Shown: in pieces, positions 29,620 through 39,092 of the stretch
How positions within the stretch are numbered: the stretch's first letter is position 1
How the letters are laid out: each line of letters opens with the position of its first letter
Sequence record: MK509462
Strand: one strand, 5' to 3'
Length of the DNA stretch: 64,000 nucleotides
Origin: Shigella phage MK-13
Program-made: the position numbers and the translations under genes
Notes under the pieces: generated by a model
Told to the model about the DNA's origin: nothing
Databases searched by the model: none
The model's input: only the letters and a program-made list of their open reading frames with translations

Positions 29620-29925
29620 ATGGAAATCGAAGAAGTTGCAACATTCGCTGATTTCCTGGCTTCCCGCATGGACGAGCAGAAAGTCATTGACAAGGTGAAT
29701 GCAAAAGGTAAACGCCGCCGTCGCCTGCAGTGCGCTCCTGGTTTCAAATTGTCTGCGGATGGTTCTCGTTGTGAGGTTATGGTCGCCAGTGAGCGCCGTA
29801 CCCGCAAGCTGGGCAACCGCAAGGCAATCCGAGCCAAGAAACGCATGGGTATGGGCTACAGTCGCAAGATTGAGCGTCGTAAGAAGAAAGCGATGAAGTT
29901 CCGCAAAATGATGGGACTGAGTTAA
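29620..29925 (+). CDS. basic prohead core / internal head protein (gp68-like position)
   Basis: 101 aa, extremely Lys/Arg-rich C-terminal half (KGKRRRRLQ...RKAIRAKKRMG...RRKKKAMKFRK). Confidence 0.4.
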   Translation: MEIEEVATFADFLASRMDEQKVIDKVNAKGKRRRRLQCAPGFKLSADGSRCEVMVASERRTRKLGNRKAIRAKKRMGMGYSRKIERRKKKAMKFRKMMGLS

Positions 29926-29932
29926 GGAGCGA

Positions 29933-30601
29933 ATGATGAAACTGTTGCGTGAGATCACGGCGATAGGGAAAGACCTCCAAATTGGTGAAAGCACGACCTC
30001 CACCGGGGGTAAGGCTATGTTCATCGAAGGTCCATTCGTGATGTGTAATCAGGTGAACCGTAATGGACGCAACTACGATCTCCAGAAAGTGGGCATACCA
30101 GCTGTCGAAGCATATGACAAAGAGTATGTTCAGGATCGTCGCGCAATCGGTGAACTCAAACATCCCGACTACCCTTTCCCAGATATTGCTGAAGCTGCGC
30201 TGAAGACCGAGAGCCTCCGTTGGGAGGGTACAAACGCAATCGGTCGAGCGCGCGTGCTAAATACACCAAAAGGCCAGATCATTCGTGCTCTGGCTGAAGC
30301 AGACTTCAACTTGGCCGTGTCTACACGTGGCCTTGGTGAGACCAAGTCGGTGAACGGTTATGACGACGTTCAACCTGGCTTTATGCTCACTGCTGTTGAT
30401 GCAGTCGACCGTCCTTCTGGACAAGTTTGTTATGTAAAGGCTGTGAGCGAATCTGTTGAATGGCAGCTTGATGAATCTTCAGGGATTTGGGTTCCTAAAG
30501 ACATCAAAGGGCAAGTCGTCGATTCATTGGTGAAAACCAATATTCAGTTCGAAGACGACTTCCTGCGCCGCCTCGATATCGCATTGAGACATCTGGGCTG
30601 A
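29933..30601 (+). CDS. prohead core scaffold protein and protease, T4 gp21-like
   Basis: GELKHPDYP, GRARVL, VSTRGLG, VDAVDRPS correspond to gp21 GELNHP, GRARVI, VSSRGLG, VDAVWGPS. Confidence 0.8.
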   Translation: MMKLLREITAIGKDLQIGESTTSTGGKAMFIEGPFVMCNQVNRNGRNYDLQKVGIPAVEAYDKEYVQDRRAIGELKHPDYPFPDIAEAALKTESLRWEGTNAIGRARVLNTPKGQIIRALAEADFNLAVSTRGLGETKSVNGYDDVQPGFMLTAVDAVDRPSGQVCYVKAVSESVEWQLDESSGIWVPKDIKGQVVDSLVKTNIQFEDDFLRRLDIALRHLG

Positions 30602-30612
30602 ATTCAGCCTCA

Positions 30613-30619
30613 CTAAATA
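30613..30619 (+). promoter_or_regulatory. late-promoter-like motif CTAAATA
   Basis: About 28 nt upstream of scaffold ATG 30647. Confidence 0.4.
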
Positions 30620-30646
30620 CTGAAAATCGTTCAGAAGGAAACAATC

Positions 30647-31519
30647 ATGAAACCTGAATTGCAAAAACTGTTTGAGGGCGTTAACGGCCTCAGCCCCGAC
30701 TTCCTGGATAAAGTGTCCGGCCTGCTGGAATCTAAGGTAGAAGCCGCTCGCCTGACCGCTATTCAAGAAACCGAAAACGCTGCCAACGTCGAGCGCCTGC
30801 GTCTGGTTGAAGCTCATCAGTCTGAGATTGCTCAGCTGAAAGAGTCTCACTTGATGGAGATCGCAACCAAAGTTGACAGCTTCCTGAACGCTGTTGTAGA
30901 AGAGTGGGCTAACACCAACGCTCCTGCAATCGATGCTCAGATCAAGCGTGAAGCAGCTGAAAACCTGCTGACTGGCCTGACTGGCGTTCTGAAAGAAGCT
31001 GGTATCAACTTTGCGACTGACGAAAACGGCCAGATCGCTGCGCTGACTGCCCGCCTGACAGAAGCAGAACAACGCGCTGCGGCTGCTGAAAGCGAAAACC
31101 GTCAAATCAAAGAAGCCGCGAATGCGACTCTGCGCGACTCTGTGATCGCCCGTATCTGTGAAGGCATGGTCGACACCAAGAAAGCAACGGTTGTCAATCT
31201 GCTGGAAGCGGTGCAGTTCACCACCGAAAGCGAATTCGCTTCCCGCGTACACACCTTCCGCAACCTGGTAGAAGGTAAGTCCGCGAAGAAAGAAGGCGAT
31301 GACGATGACGACTTCCAGGATAAAGTCGGCGGCAAAGATGGCGACGACGACAACAAAGGCGACAAAGACAAAGTCGACGAAGGCAAAAAGTCTAAGAAAG
31401 AAGGCGATGACGGCGACGATGATGGCAAAGACGATGAAGATGAAACAGACAAAGAGCTGAAAGAATCTATCAAGCGTCAGTTGGCCGACTATAATCGTCG
31501 CTTCGGCATCAACGGCTAA
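30647..31519 (+). CDS. prohead scaffolding protein, gp22-like
   Basis: Helical, Ala/Glu-rich N-terminal two thirds and poly-acidic D/E/K-rich C-terminal tail; position between protease and major capsid gene. Confidence 0.6.
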   Translation: MKPELQKLFEGVNGLSPDFLDKVSGLLESKVEAARLTAIQETENAANVERLRLVEAHQSEIAQLKESHLMEIATKVDSFLNAVVEEWANTNAPAIDAQIKREAAENLLTGLTGVLKEAGINFATDENGQIAALTARLTEAEQRAAAAESENRQIKEAANATLRDSVIARICEGMVDTKKATVVNLLEAVQFTTESEFASRVHTFRNLVEGKSAKKEGDDDDDFQDKVGGKDGDDDNKGDKDKVDEGKKSKKEGDDGDDDGKDDEDETDKELKESIKRQLADYNRRFGING

Positions 31520-31533
31520 TTTTAGCAGCCACA

Positions 31534-31557
31534 GCCCTCGAAAGGGGGCTTGATTTT
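31534..31557 (+). terminator. hairpin agccc-tcgaaag-gggct followed by TGATTTTG
   Basis: Stem-loop after scaffold stop. Confidence 0.35.
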
Positions 31558-31610
31558 GAACTACTAAGTAATTTCAACTTAACTGAATATCAATGTAAGG
31601 AATGACCATC

Positions 31611-32933
31611 ATGGCTAAGAAACTTGTTACTGAACAAATGCGCGAGCAGTGGCTGCCAGTTCTTCAGAAAGAATCTGAAAGTATCCAGCCGCTTTCTGCC
31701 GAAAACGTTGCTGTCCGCCTGCTGCAAAACCAGGCTGAGTGGAACGCCAAAAACCTGGGCGAATCTGACGCTCCTGGTTCTGTGAACAACTCTGTGGGCA
31801 AATGGCAGCCAGTCCTGATCGACATGGCAAAACGTCTGGCTCCGATCAACATCGCGATGGACTTCTTCGGCGTACAGCCGCTGTCTGGTCCTGACGGTCA
31901 GATCTTTGCTCTGCGTGCTCGCCAGGGCGTCGGCGACTCATCCAACACCCAACAGTCCCGTAAAGAACTGTTCATGCAGGAAGCTGATTCCGGCTACTCT
32001 GGTGACGGTACTGTACAGGCTGGCGATCCATCTGGCTTTACTCAGGCCGAGATCGAAGGTTCCGGCGCTGGCGTGACCACCATCGGTAAAGGCATGCCAA
32101 CCACCGACGCTGAACTGCTGGGCACCACCACCAACCCATGGGCGCGTGTTGGTATCACCGTTCAGAAAGCAACCGTGACTGCGAAGTCTCGTGGCCTGTA
32201 CGCTGACTACAGCCATGAACTGCGCCAGGACATGATGGCGATCCACGGCGAAGACGTTGACAGCATCCTGTCCGACGTGATGGTAACTGAAATTCAGGCG
32301 GAAATGAACCGTGAGTTCATCCGTACCATGAACTTCAGTGCAGTACGCTTCAAAAAATTCGGCGCAAACGGCGTTGTAGACATCTCCACCGACATCTCCG
32401 GTCGTTGGGCGCTGGAAAAATGGAAGTACATGACTTTCATGCTGGAAGTTGAAGCGAACGGCATCGGTGTTGACACCCGTCGTGGTAAAGGCAACCGTGT
32501 TCTGTGTTCTCCGAACGTAGCATCCGCTCTGGCAATGTCCGGCATGCTGGATTACGCTCCGGCGCTGCAGGAAAACACCAAGCTGGCGATCGACCCAACT
32601 GGCCAGACCTTCGCTGGTGTTCTGTCTAACGGTATGCGTGTCTACATCGACCCGTATGCAGTAGCAGAGTACATCACCCTGGCATACAAAGGCGCGACCG
32701 CGCTGGATGCTGGTATCTTCTTCGCGCCGTATGTGCCGCTGGAAATGTACCGCACCCAGGGTGAAACCACCTTCAGCCCACGTATGGCGTTCAAAACTCG
32801 TTACGGCATCTGCGCGAACCCATTCGTACAGATCCCAGCGAACCAGGACCCACAGGTTTACGTGACTGCCGATGGTATCGCTCAGGACAGCAACCCTTAC
32901 TTCCGTAAAGGTCTGATCAAAGGTCTGTTCTAA
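31611..32933 (+). CDS. major capsid protein, T4 gp23 family
   Basis: ORF 31602..32933, start ATG 31611 (AAGGA RBS). LAPINIAMDFFGVQPLSGPDGQIFALRARQG matches gp23 IPNLIAFDICGVQPMNSPTGQVFALRAVYG; C-terminus NPYFRKGLIKGLF vs gp23 NAYFRRVYVKGI. Confidence 0.85.
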   Translation: MAKKLVTEQMREQWLPVLQKESESIQPLSAENVAVRLLQNQAEWNAKNLGESDAPGSVNNSVGKWQPVLIDMAKRLAPINIAMDFFGVQPLSGPDGQIFALRARQGVGDSSNTQQSRKELFMQEADSGYSGDGTVQAGDPSGFTQAEIEGSGAGVTTIGKGMPTTDAELLGTTTNPWARVGITVQKATVTAKSRGLYADYSHELRQDMMAIHGEDVDSILSDVMVTEIQAEMNREFIRTMNFSAVRFKKFGANGVVDISTDISGRWALEKWKYMTFMLEVEANGIGVDTRRGKGNRVLCSPNVASALAMSGMLDYAPALQENTKLAIDPTGQTFAGVLSNGMRVYIDPYAVAEYITLAYKGATALDAGIFFAPYVPLEMYRTQGETTFSPRMAFKTRYGICANPFVQIPANQDPQVYVTADGIAQDSNPYFRKGLIKGLF

Positions 32934-32953
32934 TCTAACAGGCTGGTCCTACA

Positions 32954-32980
32954 AAACCCCGCTTCGGCGGGGTTTTTCAT
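32954..32980 (+). terminator. rho-independent terminator (aaaccccgc-ttcg-gcggggttt + TTTCATT)
   Basis: 9-bp GC stem, tetraloop, T-run; directly after the major capsid gene. Confidence 0.75.
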
Positions 32981-33025
32981 TATGGGGATTCGCTATATGA
33001 TGTGCCAAACTAATTGGAGGCCATC

Positions 33026-33253
33026 ATGAACGATAAAGAAATAGACATCCGTGCTATAGAGCTACAGGGCGCGAAGAAATACATCATGGGACAGATTGAA
33101 GAAGCGGAAAAGGAGTTGAGGCGTTTGAAATCTGGTATCTTCAGCTCATTCATGAATTCCAAATCGATATTGGCTGTAGAGGTCTACAAAGATACGATGA
33201 GTATTCTGCTAGACGACATCAACAAGAAGATCGCTAGACACATTCCGAGTTAA
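33026..33253 (+). CDS. hypothetical protein
   Basis: ORF 33014..33253; ATG 33026 after GGAGG RBS. Confidence 0.4.
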   Translation: MNDKEIDIRAIELQGAKKYIMGQIEEAEKELRRLKSGIFSSFMNSKSILAVEVYKDTMSILLDDINKKIARHIPS

Positions 33254-33345
33254 TTCCTTTATCGTGTCGATTTAATACCCGCGTTGTTCAATACACCTGC
33301 CTGTTGTATGCTTGTACAGTCAACCATACAACAGGAGTACAAATC

Positions 33346-33678
33346 ATGTCAAGTAACCTCGTATCACCAACACAATCCGTGTCCCAAATTCTGGTCAATG
33401 CTCGTTCTCATAAAGAGCGTTTGTGCAACCTCCTCACCAATATCAGAAACATCCGTATCCAACTCGACGGTGATTACCCAACCGCTCAGAAAGGTGAAGA
33501 TAAAGAAATGGCCGCGCCTGGTCTGGTCGGCTCGGTGATTGACGTCCAGTCTGACCAGGACGATATTATCGACGCTATCTTTACCCATCTGGATGTAATC
33601 CATGAAAAACTAGGCACTTCATGTCATCCAGAATGTGAAGATGGGGTTGGTTCCCAGAATATGACTTTGGCTGGATAA
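33346..33678 (+). CDS. hypothetical protein
   Basis: ORF 33304..33678 (TTG-extended); ATG 33346 after AGGAG RBS. Confidence 0.4.
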   Translation: MSSNLVSPTQSVSQILVNARSHKERLCNLLTNIRNIRIQLDGDYPTAQKGEDKEMAAPGLVGSVIDVQSDQDDIIDAIFTHLDVIHEKLGTSCHPECEDGVGSQNMTLAG

Positions 33679-33737
33679 AGAGTTTCAAAGATTGCATGAT
33701 GGTATTATTACCCTCTCTATTAATCGAGGAAATCACA

Positions 33738-33938
33738 ATGAGCCTGAAAGAAGATTCTGTAAACACCACAGTCGCCAACTCCACCTTCCGTGAGTGGCAC
33801 GACGTATTGTGCAAAGTCGCGAAAAGCCAGGGTGGTTCAGCCGCCGACGCCGACGCCTGGCGTGATGATTACGAAGCGGGCAAGACCCCTCGCCAGTCTT
33901 GGGAAGATGAATGGGGTTGGGAAGAACAAGAAGGATAA
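33738..33938 (+). CDS. hypothetical small acidic protein
   Basis: ORF 33696..33938; ATG 33738 after GAGGAAA; Trp/Glu-rich C-terminus. Confidence 0.35.
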   Translation: MSLKEDSVNTTVANSTFREWHDVLCKVAKSQGGSAADADAWRDDYEAGKTPRQSWEDEWGWEEQEG

Positions 33939-33998
33939 CAGTTTTCAATAACGGGGTGAGAGGTATTATTGCCCCGTCTACTATCCGAGGGCTGTGCC

Positions 33999-34226
33999 AT
34001 GTACCTGAAAAAGATCGTGAAGAAGCCGAAAGGTGATGTTGTCGAAGTATGTCTCATTGAGGCTTACGTTGACTCCTGGAACAACGAGCAGCGTTACTTC
34101 ATGGTCGACACGATGGTGTATGTGCCAGCCTCTCACCTGAACCGTGATTTCATCACAACCGAAAATGTCGTCCGCTGGGAGATTGCAACGCAGTCCGATA
34201 TCGACGAACATCCCATTTTGAACTGA
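33999..34226 (+). CDS. hypothetical protein
   Basis: ORF 33969..34226; internal ATG 33999 preferred (follows hairpin acgggg..ccccgt). Confidence 0.35.
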   Translation: MYLKKIVKKPKGDVVEVCLIEAYVDSWNNEQRYFMVDTMVYVPASHLNRDFITTENVVRWEIATQSDIDEHPILN

Positions 34227-34238
34227 AGGATCTATATC

Positions 34239-34682
34239 ATGTGTGATAAGAATTTCATTTTCATTAGTCCCGCCAAGAAACAGTTCTTCCGTAGCTCCGT
34301 TGGGGACAAGGTGGAAGGTTTCCGTAAACTCAAAGATTATCGCCTGGCATGCGGTGATGTTGATTTTCAGAGCTTCGACAATGATCGCCAGGATTTGAAC
34401 GATGAGGGTTGGACAGAAGTTCCATCCCCACAGTTTATCGACGTCAAGCTGTACTACATGAAGGACAGTGGGAAGTATTATTCAGAAGGTGTGATCAAAA
34501 TCAACCGTGGGGAGGCCGAGGCCGAACCTGCTAAGTCCTGGATGGAGACTATGGATAAAATCCGCTATCTGCTTGACTCAGGCAATTTGCCTGGTTTGGT
34601 TAAAGGTGCCCGGTACGAGGTCTTCGTGACCGGAGAAGGGCATCCAGGTGGGTATCCGGCGGCATTCCACATTAACAACTGA
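34239..34682 (+). CDS. hypothetical protein
   Basis: 147-aa ORF; preceded by conserved CCCATTTTGAACTGAAGGATCTATATC-ATG cassette. Confidence 0.45.
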   Translation: MCDKNFIFISPAKKQFFRSSVGDKVEGFRKLKDYRLACGDVDFQSFDNDRQDLNDEGWTEVPSPQFIDVKLYYMKDSGKYYSEGVIKINRGEAEAEPAKSWMETMDKIRYLLDSGNLPGLVKGARYEVFVTGEGHPGGYPAAFHINN

Positions 34683-34689
34683 GGTCATC

Positions 34690-34926
34690 ATGAGAATCAA
34701 AAAGATCGGCGCAAGTCCTCTCACTGGGACAATCTTCCAGGGCACCCTGAACACCAAGACCAGCATGTGGATCGGTGAGAAGACTGATGTGACCGAAGAC
34801 TGCGTGGCGGCCACGGCTGAACACATGCGACACATCAAGAAAGACTATTGCTTCCCAACGACGGATGGTAAGTTCTTGGTGCTGTCAGCTGAACTGCACG
34901 ACACCCTTCCTGACCGTTTTAAATAA
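34690..34926 (+). CDS. hypothetical protein
   Basis: ORF 34648..34926; ATG 34690 after GAGGT RBS. Confidence 0.4.
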   Translation: MRIKKIGASPLTGTIFQGTLNTKTSMWIGEKTDVTEDCVAATAEHMRHIKKDYCFPTTDGKFLVLSAELHDTLPDRFK

Positions 34927-34944
34927 ATTCAATAAAAAGTTGAA

Positions 34945-34976
34945 TACGGGGTTTACTTCTTCAATAAACCCCGTAT
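34945..34976 (+). terminator. hairpin atacggggttta-cttcttcaa-taaaccccgtat
   Basis: 12-bp stem; contains the recurring ATACCCC/GGGGTAT-type core. Confidence 0.5.
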
Positions 34977-35028
34977 ACTTCATTCCATAAGCAGCACAAC
35001 ACTGACTCTGAAATGAAGGAAATACATC

Positions 35029-35295
35029 ATGGCACGTTCAATCCACGATTTTAAAGACTCTGATATCCTGGCTTTCATCATGGACGGTCGAATGGTAGTT
35101 GTAAACGATGGCGACGACCGCCACAATACCACTCTGGTGATGAACAACGAAGTTGTTTACAGCAACACCCGCGAAGGCATGATCAAGATGCTTCAAAACC
35201 CTCAGCGCTTCGGCAGCAAAATACACAAAGATTACAAAAGCCGCTGCCCGATGCTGGCTCAGCGCCTGATTTGGGCGATGCAAAGCGCCGCATAA
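35029..35295 (+). CDS. hypothetical protein
   Basis: 88-aa ORF, AAGGAAA RBS. Confidence 0.45.
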   Translation: MARSIHDFKDSDILAFIMDGRMVVVNDGDDRHNTTLVMNNEVVYSNTREGMIKMLQNPQRFGSKIHKDYKSRCPMLAQRLIWAMQSAA

Positions 35296-35300
35296 CAAAC

Positions 35301-35318
35301 AAGCCCCTCCGGGGGCTT
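35301..35318 (+). terminator. hairpin aagcccc-tcc-gggggctt
   Basis: GC stem right after stop of 35029..35295, followed by CCCATTTGAA cassette. Confidence 0.45.
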
Positions 35319-35350
35319 CTGTCTCCCATTTGAATTGAAGGAACTATATC

Positions 35351-35632
35351 ATGACAACTAAAGCGCAATTGATCGAAGCCCTGAATGCTGGCGCTATCAC
35401 CCACTCTCGTTACAAAGTAACATTGCAGCAATTTGTTGGTATGGCCGTCGGAAATGCCAAATTCACCCCAATCTCTTCCCCTGAAAAATTTCCAGTTAAG
35501 GCCAGCCAGCCGAAGTTTTCGGTAGTTTGCCAGGGTGAAGAAATCACCGCTCTGTGGGAATATGATAACATGTATTTTGAATGTTCTGACGGCGTGTTAG
35601 CATACCATGTGGAAGGCGAGCATTTGTTCTAA
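35351..35632 (+). CDS. hypothetical protein
   Basis: 93-aa ORF preceded by CCCATTTGAATTGAAGGAACTATATC-ATG. Confidence 0.45.
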   Translation: MTTKAQLIEALNAGAITHSRYKVTLQQFVGMAVGNAKFTPISSPEKFPVKASQPKFSVVCQGEEITALWEYDNMYFECSDGVLAYHVEGEHLF

Positions 35633-35691
35633 ACCTTTGAACGGGGTATGTTAACCGCATACCCTATCCCCTACAAATAGAGGACTTTATC

Positions 35692-36012
35692 ATGGCTAAC
35701 AGCATCCCAATTTTAGAAGCGGTCGTAAAAGAGAACCCTCGTGCGCGCAAATCGCGTCGTCGACTGGTCACCAAGCTGGACCTTCTGAAACAGAAGTTCG
35801 GCGACCACAGTGTGTTCGCTCGTATCCGTAATGCATTAAAGGAAGGAAGAACCGAGCTGGAGCTTTATCGCCCGAACGGTTCGACACGCGCGTATCAAAC
35901 CACTGACGGCTTACTGGAACTGATCCGCCTGAGCGGGATGACAATCGAACCCCGTTCGTCAGGCACTCCTCTGTGCTCCCTGTATGTCATCGGCAATCTT
36001 GGGGCGCTGTGA
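35692..36012 (+). CDS. hypothetical basic protein
   Basis: 106-aa ORF; preceded by hairpin (ggggtatg..cataccc) and AGAGGA RBS. Confidence 0.45.
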   Translation: MANSIPILEAVVKENPRARKSRRRLVTKLDLLKQKFGDHSVFARIRNALKEGRTELELYRPNGSTRAYQTTDGLLELIRLSGMTIEPRSSGTPLCSLYVIGNLGAL

Positions 36013-36017
36013 GTTCC

Positions 36018-36440
36018 ATGAAGAAATATATCGTACTCGTTACAGGTTCCCGCTCAATCACCGAGCGGGATAAGGTATTCGCCAAGCTGGACGAACTCCT
36101 CGATCCTCATGAAGTCTATACGTTGATCGAGGGTGAGGCCACGGGTGTCGACACGATTTGCCGTGATTGGGCTGAAATCAATTATGTTCATACCACTCCT
36201 ATGCCAATCCCTCCGAGCTATTATGAAAAGTATGGGAACGGGATGGGCAACAAACGCAATCAGGACATGTTAGACAAGGCATTGGATCTCGCCAGGCAGA
36301 CCAAGCTGGAAGTGTATCCGATTGCGATGTGGGATGGTTCGTCCACTGGCACCCTGGACATGATCAACCGTTGCAAGAAAGCTGGCCTCCCTGTGGACAT
36401 CACACTGATGGGCAAGCCGAAGACCAAGCGCCTTTTGTAA
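36018..36440 (+). CDS. DUF2493 / SLOG-type Rossmann-like protein (tentative)
   Basis: ORF 35973..36440 with start ATG 36018; IVLVTGSRSITERD ... GEATGVDTICRDWA ... MWDGSSTGTLDMI pattern typical of that family; recalled from memory, not searched. Confidence 0.4.
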   Translation: MKKYIVLVTGSRSITERDKVFAKLDELLDPHEVYTLIEGEATGVDTICRDWAEINYVHTTPMPIPPSYYEKYGNGMGNKRNQDMLDKALDLARQTKLEVYPIAMWDGSSTGTLDMINRCKKAGLPVDITLMGKPKTKRLL

Positions 36441-36481
36441 CATACCATAAATAATTTGAGTTCACACAGCGGAGATACATC

Positions 36482-36649
36482 ATGTTTGTCGTCAATCTGT
36501 TCTGCTATATCTTCACGGCGTACTTCCTGGGAGCAGTAGGGTTCGAGACCTACAATGACCTGAAGGAGGGCGAATACGCCGACTGGAAGGTCTATGCCAA
36601 GAAGTTCGCTCGGAAGTTCTGGTCCAACTTCGTTTACAAACTGCCATGA
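36482..36649 (+). CDS. small membrane protein (55 aa), not in ORF track
   Basis: GGAGA RBS 7 nt before ATG 36482; hydrophobic N-terminus VVNLFCYIFTAYFLGAVGF. Confidence 0.3.
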   Translation: MFVVNLFCYIFTAYFLGAVGFETYNDLKEGEYADWKVYAKKFARKFWSNFVYKLP

Positions 36650-36653
36650 TCAC

Positions 36654-36665
36654 CTAAATACCCCC
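36654..36665 (+). promoter_or_regulatory. late-promoter-like motif CTAAATACCCCC with 5'-UTR hairpin (36658..36682)
   Basis: CTAAATAccccc then ataccccca / tgggggtat inverted repeat before ATG 36688. Confidence 0.45.
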
Positions 36666-36687
36666 ATCATCCATGGGGGTATTTTCT

Positions 36688-37416
36688 ATGAACGCACAGA
36701 TCTATGACGCCCTTGAGCAGGGCAACGCATTTAACAATCCTCTCCCGTCCCTCAGCAGCACGTCTCAGGGTTTAATCACCAGCGGCAAGGCGACTACAGC
36801 TGCACTGGCAAACACCGGAAATACGCAAATCCAGGGCGCTCTGACGGCAGGCGGTCTAACCACGGCCAAGCTCAATGAAACGAACACGATGTTCACCTCT
36901 GCCAACACCAGCCTCACCACGCTGAACAACTATGGTGATCAGACTGTGAACGAAGCGTATTCCCGCATCGGGACTTCCGTGTCGTACAAATCTGGCCTGA
37001 AGTCAATCGAGCGCGAGCCGACCAACTGTGATCTGATCAATAATGCCTTCGGCGTCATACAGACTCTTGGGCGCCAGTGGATCGGCGCTATGGAGGGCGC
37101 TCTCAGCACTGTTACCGCCAAGATGGCCGAACTGGCTGAGTTAGTTGCGCAGGGTGTGAGCGCTGGCCTGGCAAAGATCCAGGCGCTGGCCGCCGAAGTT
37201 ACCGGATATATCAACGATGCTATTGCTCAGGTGGCGCAAATCGGTCAGGATATCGCCAATGGTATTGCCTCAGAGTTGGCCCACATCCAAGACATGGTCA
37301 GCAAGTGTCTGAACTTCTCGTTCGCCAATGTACTGTCTGAGTGGGCTAAAGACCTGTGCGCTGGTGGTGTTATCAACAACATCGGTTCTGATAATCTGAA
37401 GAGCGCCCTGAAGTAA
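36688..37416 (+). CDS. hypothetical late protein (Ala/Thr/Gln-rich, possibly structural)
   Basis: ORF 36673..37416; start ATG 36688 downstream of late-type promoter/hairpin. Confidence 0.45.
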   Translation: MNAQIYDALEQGNAFNNPLPSLSSTSQGLITSGKATTAALANTGNTQIQGALTAGGLTTAKLNETNTMFTSANTSLTTLNNYGDQTVNEAYSRIGTSVSYKSGLKSIEREPTNCDLINNAFGVIQTLGRQWIGAMEGALSTVTAKMAELAELVAQGVSAGLAKIQALAAEVTGYINDAIAQVAQIGQDIANGIASELAHIQDMVSKCLNFSFANVLSEWAKDLCAGGVINNIGSDNLKSALK

Positions 37417-38067
37417 TCAGCGCTCCCGCGCCGGAAGAACTCCCACTGGTTCGATACCGTCCAACAGTAGGGAGTTCACCCCGACGTTGCTCAGCCTGAT
37501 CCAGATCGTCCCCTCTGGCTTCACTTCGAAGATGTTCATCTCATTCCCAACAGCATCGTTGTTGACAAACACACCCTGAGTTGCGATTCGTACTGGCTTG
37601 TCTGAGTCATTCATGATCTTGAACGTCACGATTATATCCGATGTTTCACTCAGTCGCCCAACCATGTGTTGCTTCAGTTTGGCGTAGAATGATGGATTAA
37701 AAGTGATGATGATGCTGTTGTTCTGAGAGTAATAAATACTTGCTGATAGGTATGGAATCTTCCCTTCATCGCCACGACGCAGGAGGGGAATCGTGGTCTT
37801 CCAGTATGGCTTGAGGGTGCTCGTGTTCTCCTCGAAGCAACCCAAAGGCACGAGCTTCTGGAAGGTCTGGAACTCTTGCACGATGATGTCCAGCATACCC
37901 TTGTTACAAGTAGGAACACTGGCCGACAACGTCACGGGCACGGTGCGTACTTCTGGGTTCCAGAGTTCGGAAACAGAAATTATTGGCGTGACAAAGATGC
38001 GACAGCTCGTAAGCAAGAGCATCGCGCATGCCAACAACAATCTACTGATCCCGCGCATCAGGGTCAC
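37417..38067 (-). CDS. putative lipoprotein (lipobox LLTSC), minus strand
   Basis: Only long ORF in this interval; start GTG 38067 (GGAGA 6 nt upstream) or ATG 38058; signal peptide with Cys lipobox RLLLACAMLLLTSC. Confidence 0.5.
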   Translation of the reverse strand: MTLMRGISRLLLACAMLLLTSCRIFVTPIISVSELWNPEVRTVPVTLSASVPTCNKGMLDIIVQEFQTFQKLVPLGCFEENTSTLKPYWKTTIPLLRRGDEGKIPYLSASIYYSQNNSIIITFNPSFYAKLKQHMVGRLSETSDIIVTFKIMNDSDKPVRIATQGVFVNNDAVGNEMNIFEVKPEGTIWIRLSNVGVNSLLLDGIEPVGVLPARER

Positions 38068-38096
38068 AAAATATCTCCACAGCAAAAGGTGCTATT

Positions 38097-38597
38097 ATGT
38101 CCGACGTACAATTCAAGAACGAAAACCCTAATTTCGCGGCGTCCGATAAGTGGCGTCTGACTATCGGAGACCTTGTACTCCTAACCCGTAACATCCACGA
38201 CTTCAGTATACCAGGAGTGTACTCTGAAGGCATCGATGGTCCGTCTCCTGGCGACGTACTGGTTTCTATCCCTTCAGAACGTTTAACCTATGATCCCGTC
38301 GTATTTACTTTCGTTATAGACGAGGACTGGAAATCATGGTTACAGATCCACCAATGGATCACCAGCAACGTCGGCAAGGATTTGGCTGTCTCCAAGGACA
38401 TTACCATTGAATTACTGGATAACCTCAACCGACCGATTGGCCTCACTCTCGTGCTGGAGGAAGCCCGTCCGACTGCTCTGGACAACGTACTGGTGGATGT
38501 GGACGCGGCTGTACCTCAGCTGGTGACGACAGTGACGTTCAAGTTCCAGCAGCTGGTCCCACTATCTGGTGGGAAGGTGATTGATTCTAATCCATGA
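38097..38597 (+). CDS. hypothetical protein
   Basis: 166-aa ORF divergent from the lipoprotein gene; AAAGGTG RBS. Confidence 0.45.
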   Translation: MSDVQFKNENPNFAASDKWRLTIGDLVLLTRNIHDFSIPGVYSEGIDGPSPGDVLVSIPSERLTYDPVVFTFVIDEDWKSWLQIHQWITSNVGKDLAVSKDITIELLDNLNRPIGLTLVLEEARPTALDNVLVDVDAAVPQLVTTVTFKFQQLVPLSGGKVIDSNP

Positions 38598-38639
38598 AAT
38601 ACGGTATAATTCTATGACATTGACAAGCTGGGATATTTT

Positions 38640-39092
38640 ATGAAAGAACAACTACAGACAATGGCAACCGAGGACATCATGAACGAACTGGAGCCGCTGA
38701 TTACAGTGGACCCAGAAGACATGAACCTTGACCAGATCTCACTGAAAATCGGGCGCTCTTGGATGGCCGTACAACGGCATTATCTGCGTGAGGGGCGTTA
38801 TCTTGAATTCCTCAACGGGCGCTTCCGCCAGATCGATCTCTATCTGCGCCGCTACTACGCAGGGGAGTTACCCCCGAACATCTACGCAGAGCGCCCCCTG
38901 AAGGTTCGCCCCCTGAAGTCTGACCTGGACACATGGGTCAAAGCCGACGATGACTATGTAGAACTGTCTGTTCTGTTACAAGAACAAAAAGCAAAAGTCA
39001 AGTTCATCGAGACTTGTTTGGATCGCCTGAACAAGCTGGGATACGAAGTGAAGAATGCCATCGATTGGCGAAAATATATGGATGGTTCCTGA
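38640..39092 (+). CDS. uvsY: UvsY-like recombination mediator (tentative)
   Basis: 150 aa; C-terminal LQEQKAKVKFIETCLDRLNKLGYEVKNAIDWRKYMDG loosely parallels T4 UvsY C-terminus; sits next to uvsW as in T4. Confidence 0.45.
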   Translation: MKEQLQTMATEDIMNELEPLITVDPEDMNLDQISLKIGRSWMAVQRHYLREGRYLEFLNGRFRQIDLYLRRYYAGELPPNIYAERPLKVRPLKSDLDTWVKADDDYVELSVLLQEQKAKVKFIETCLDRLNKLGYEVKNAIDWRKYMDGS

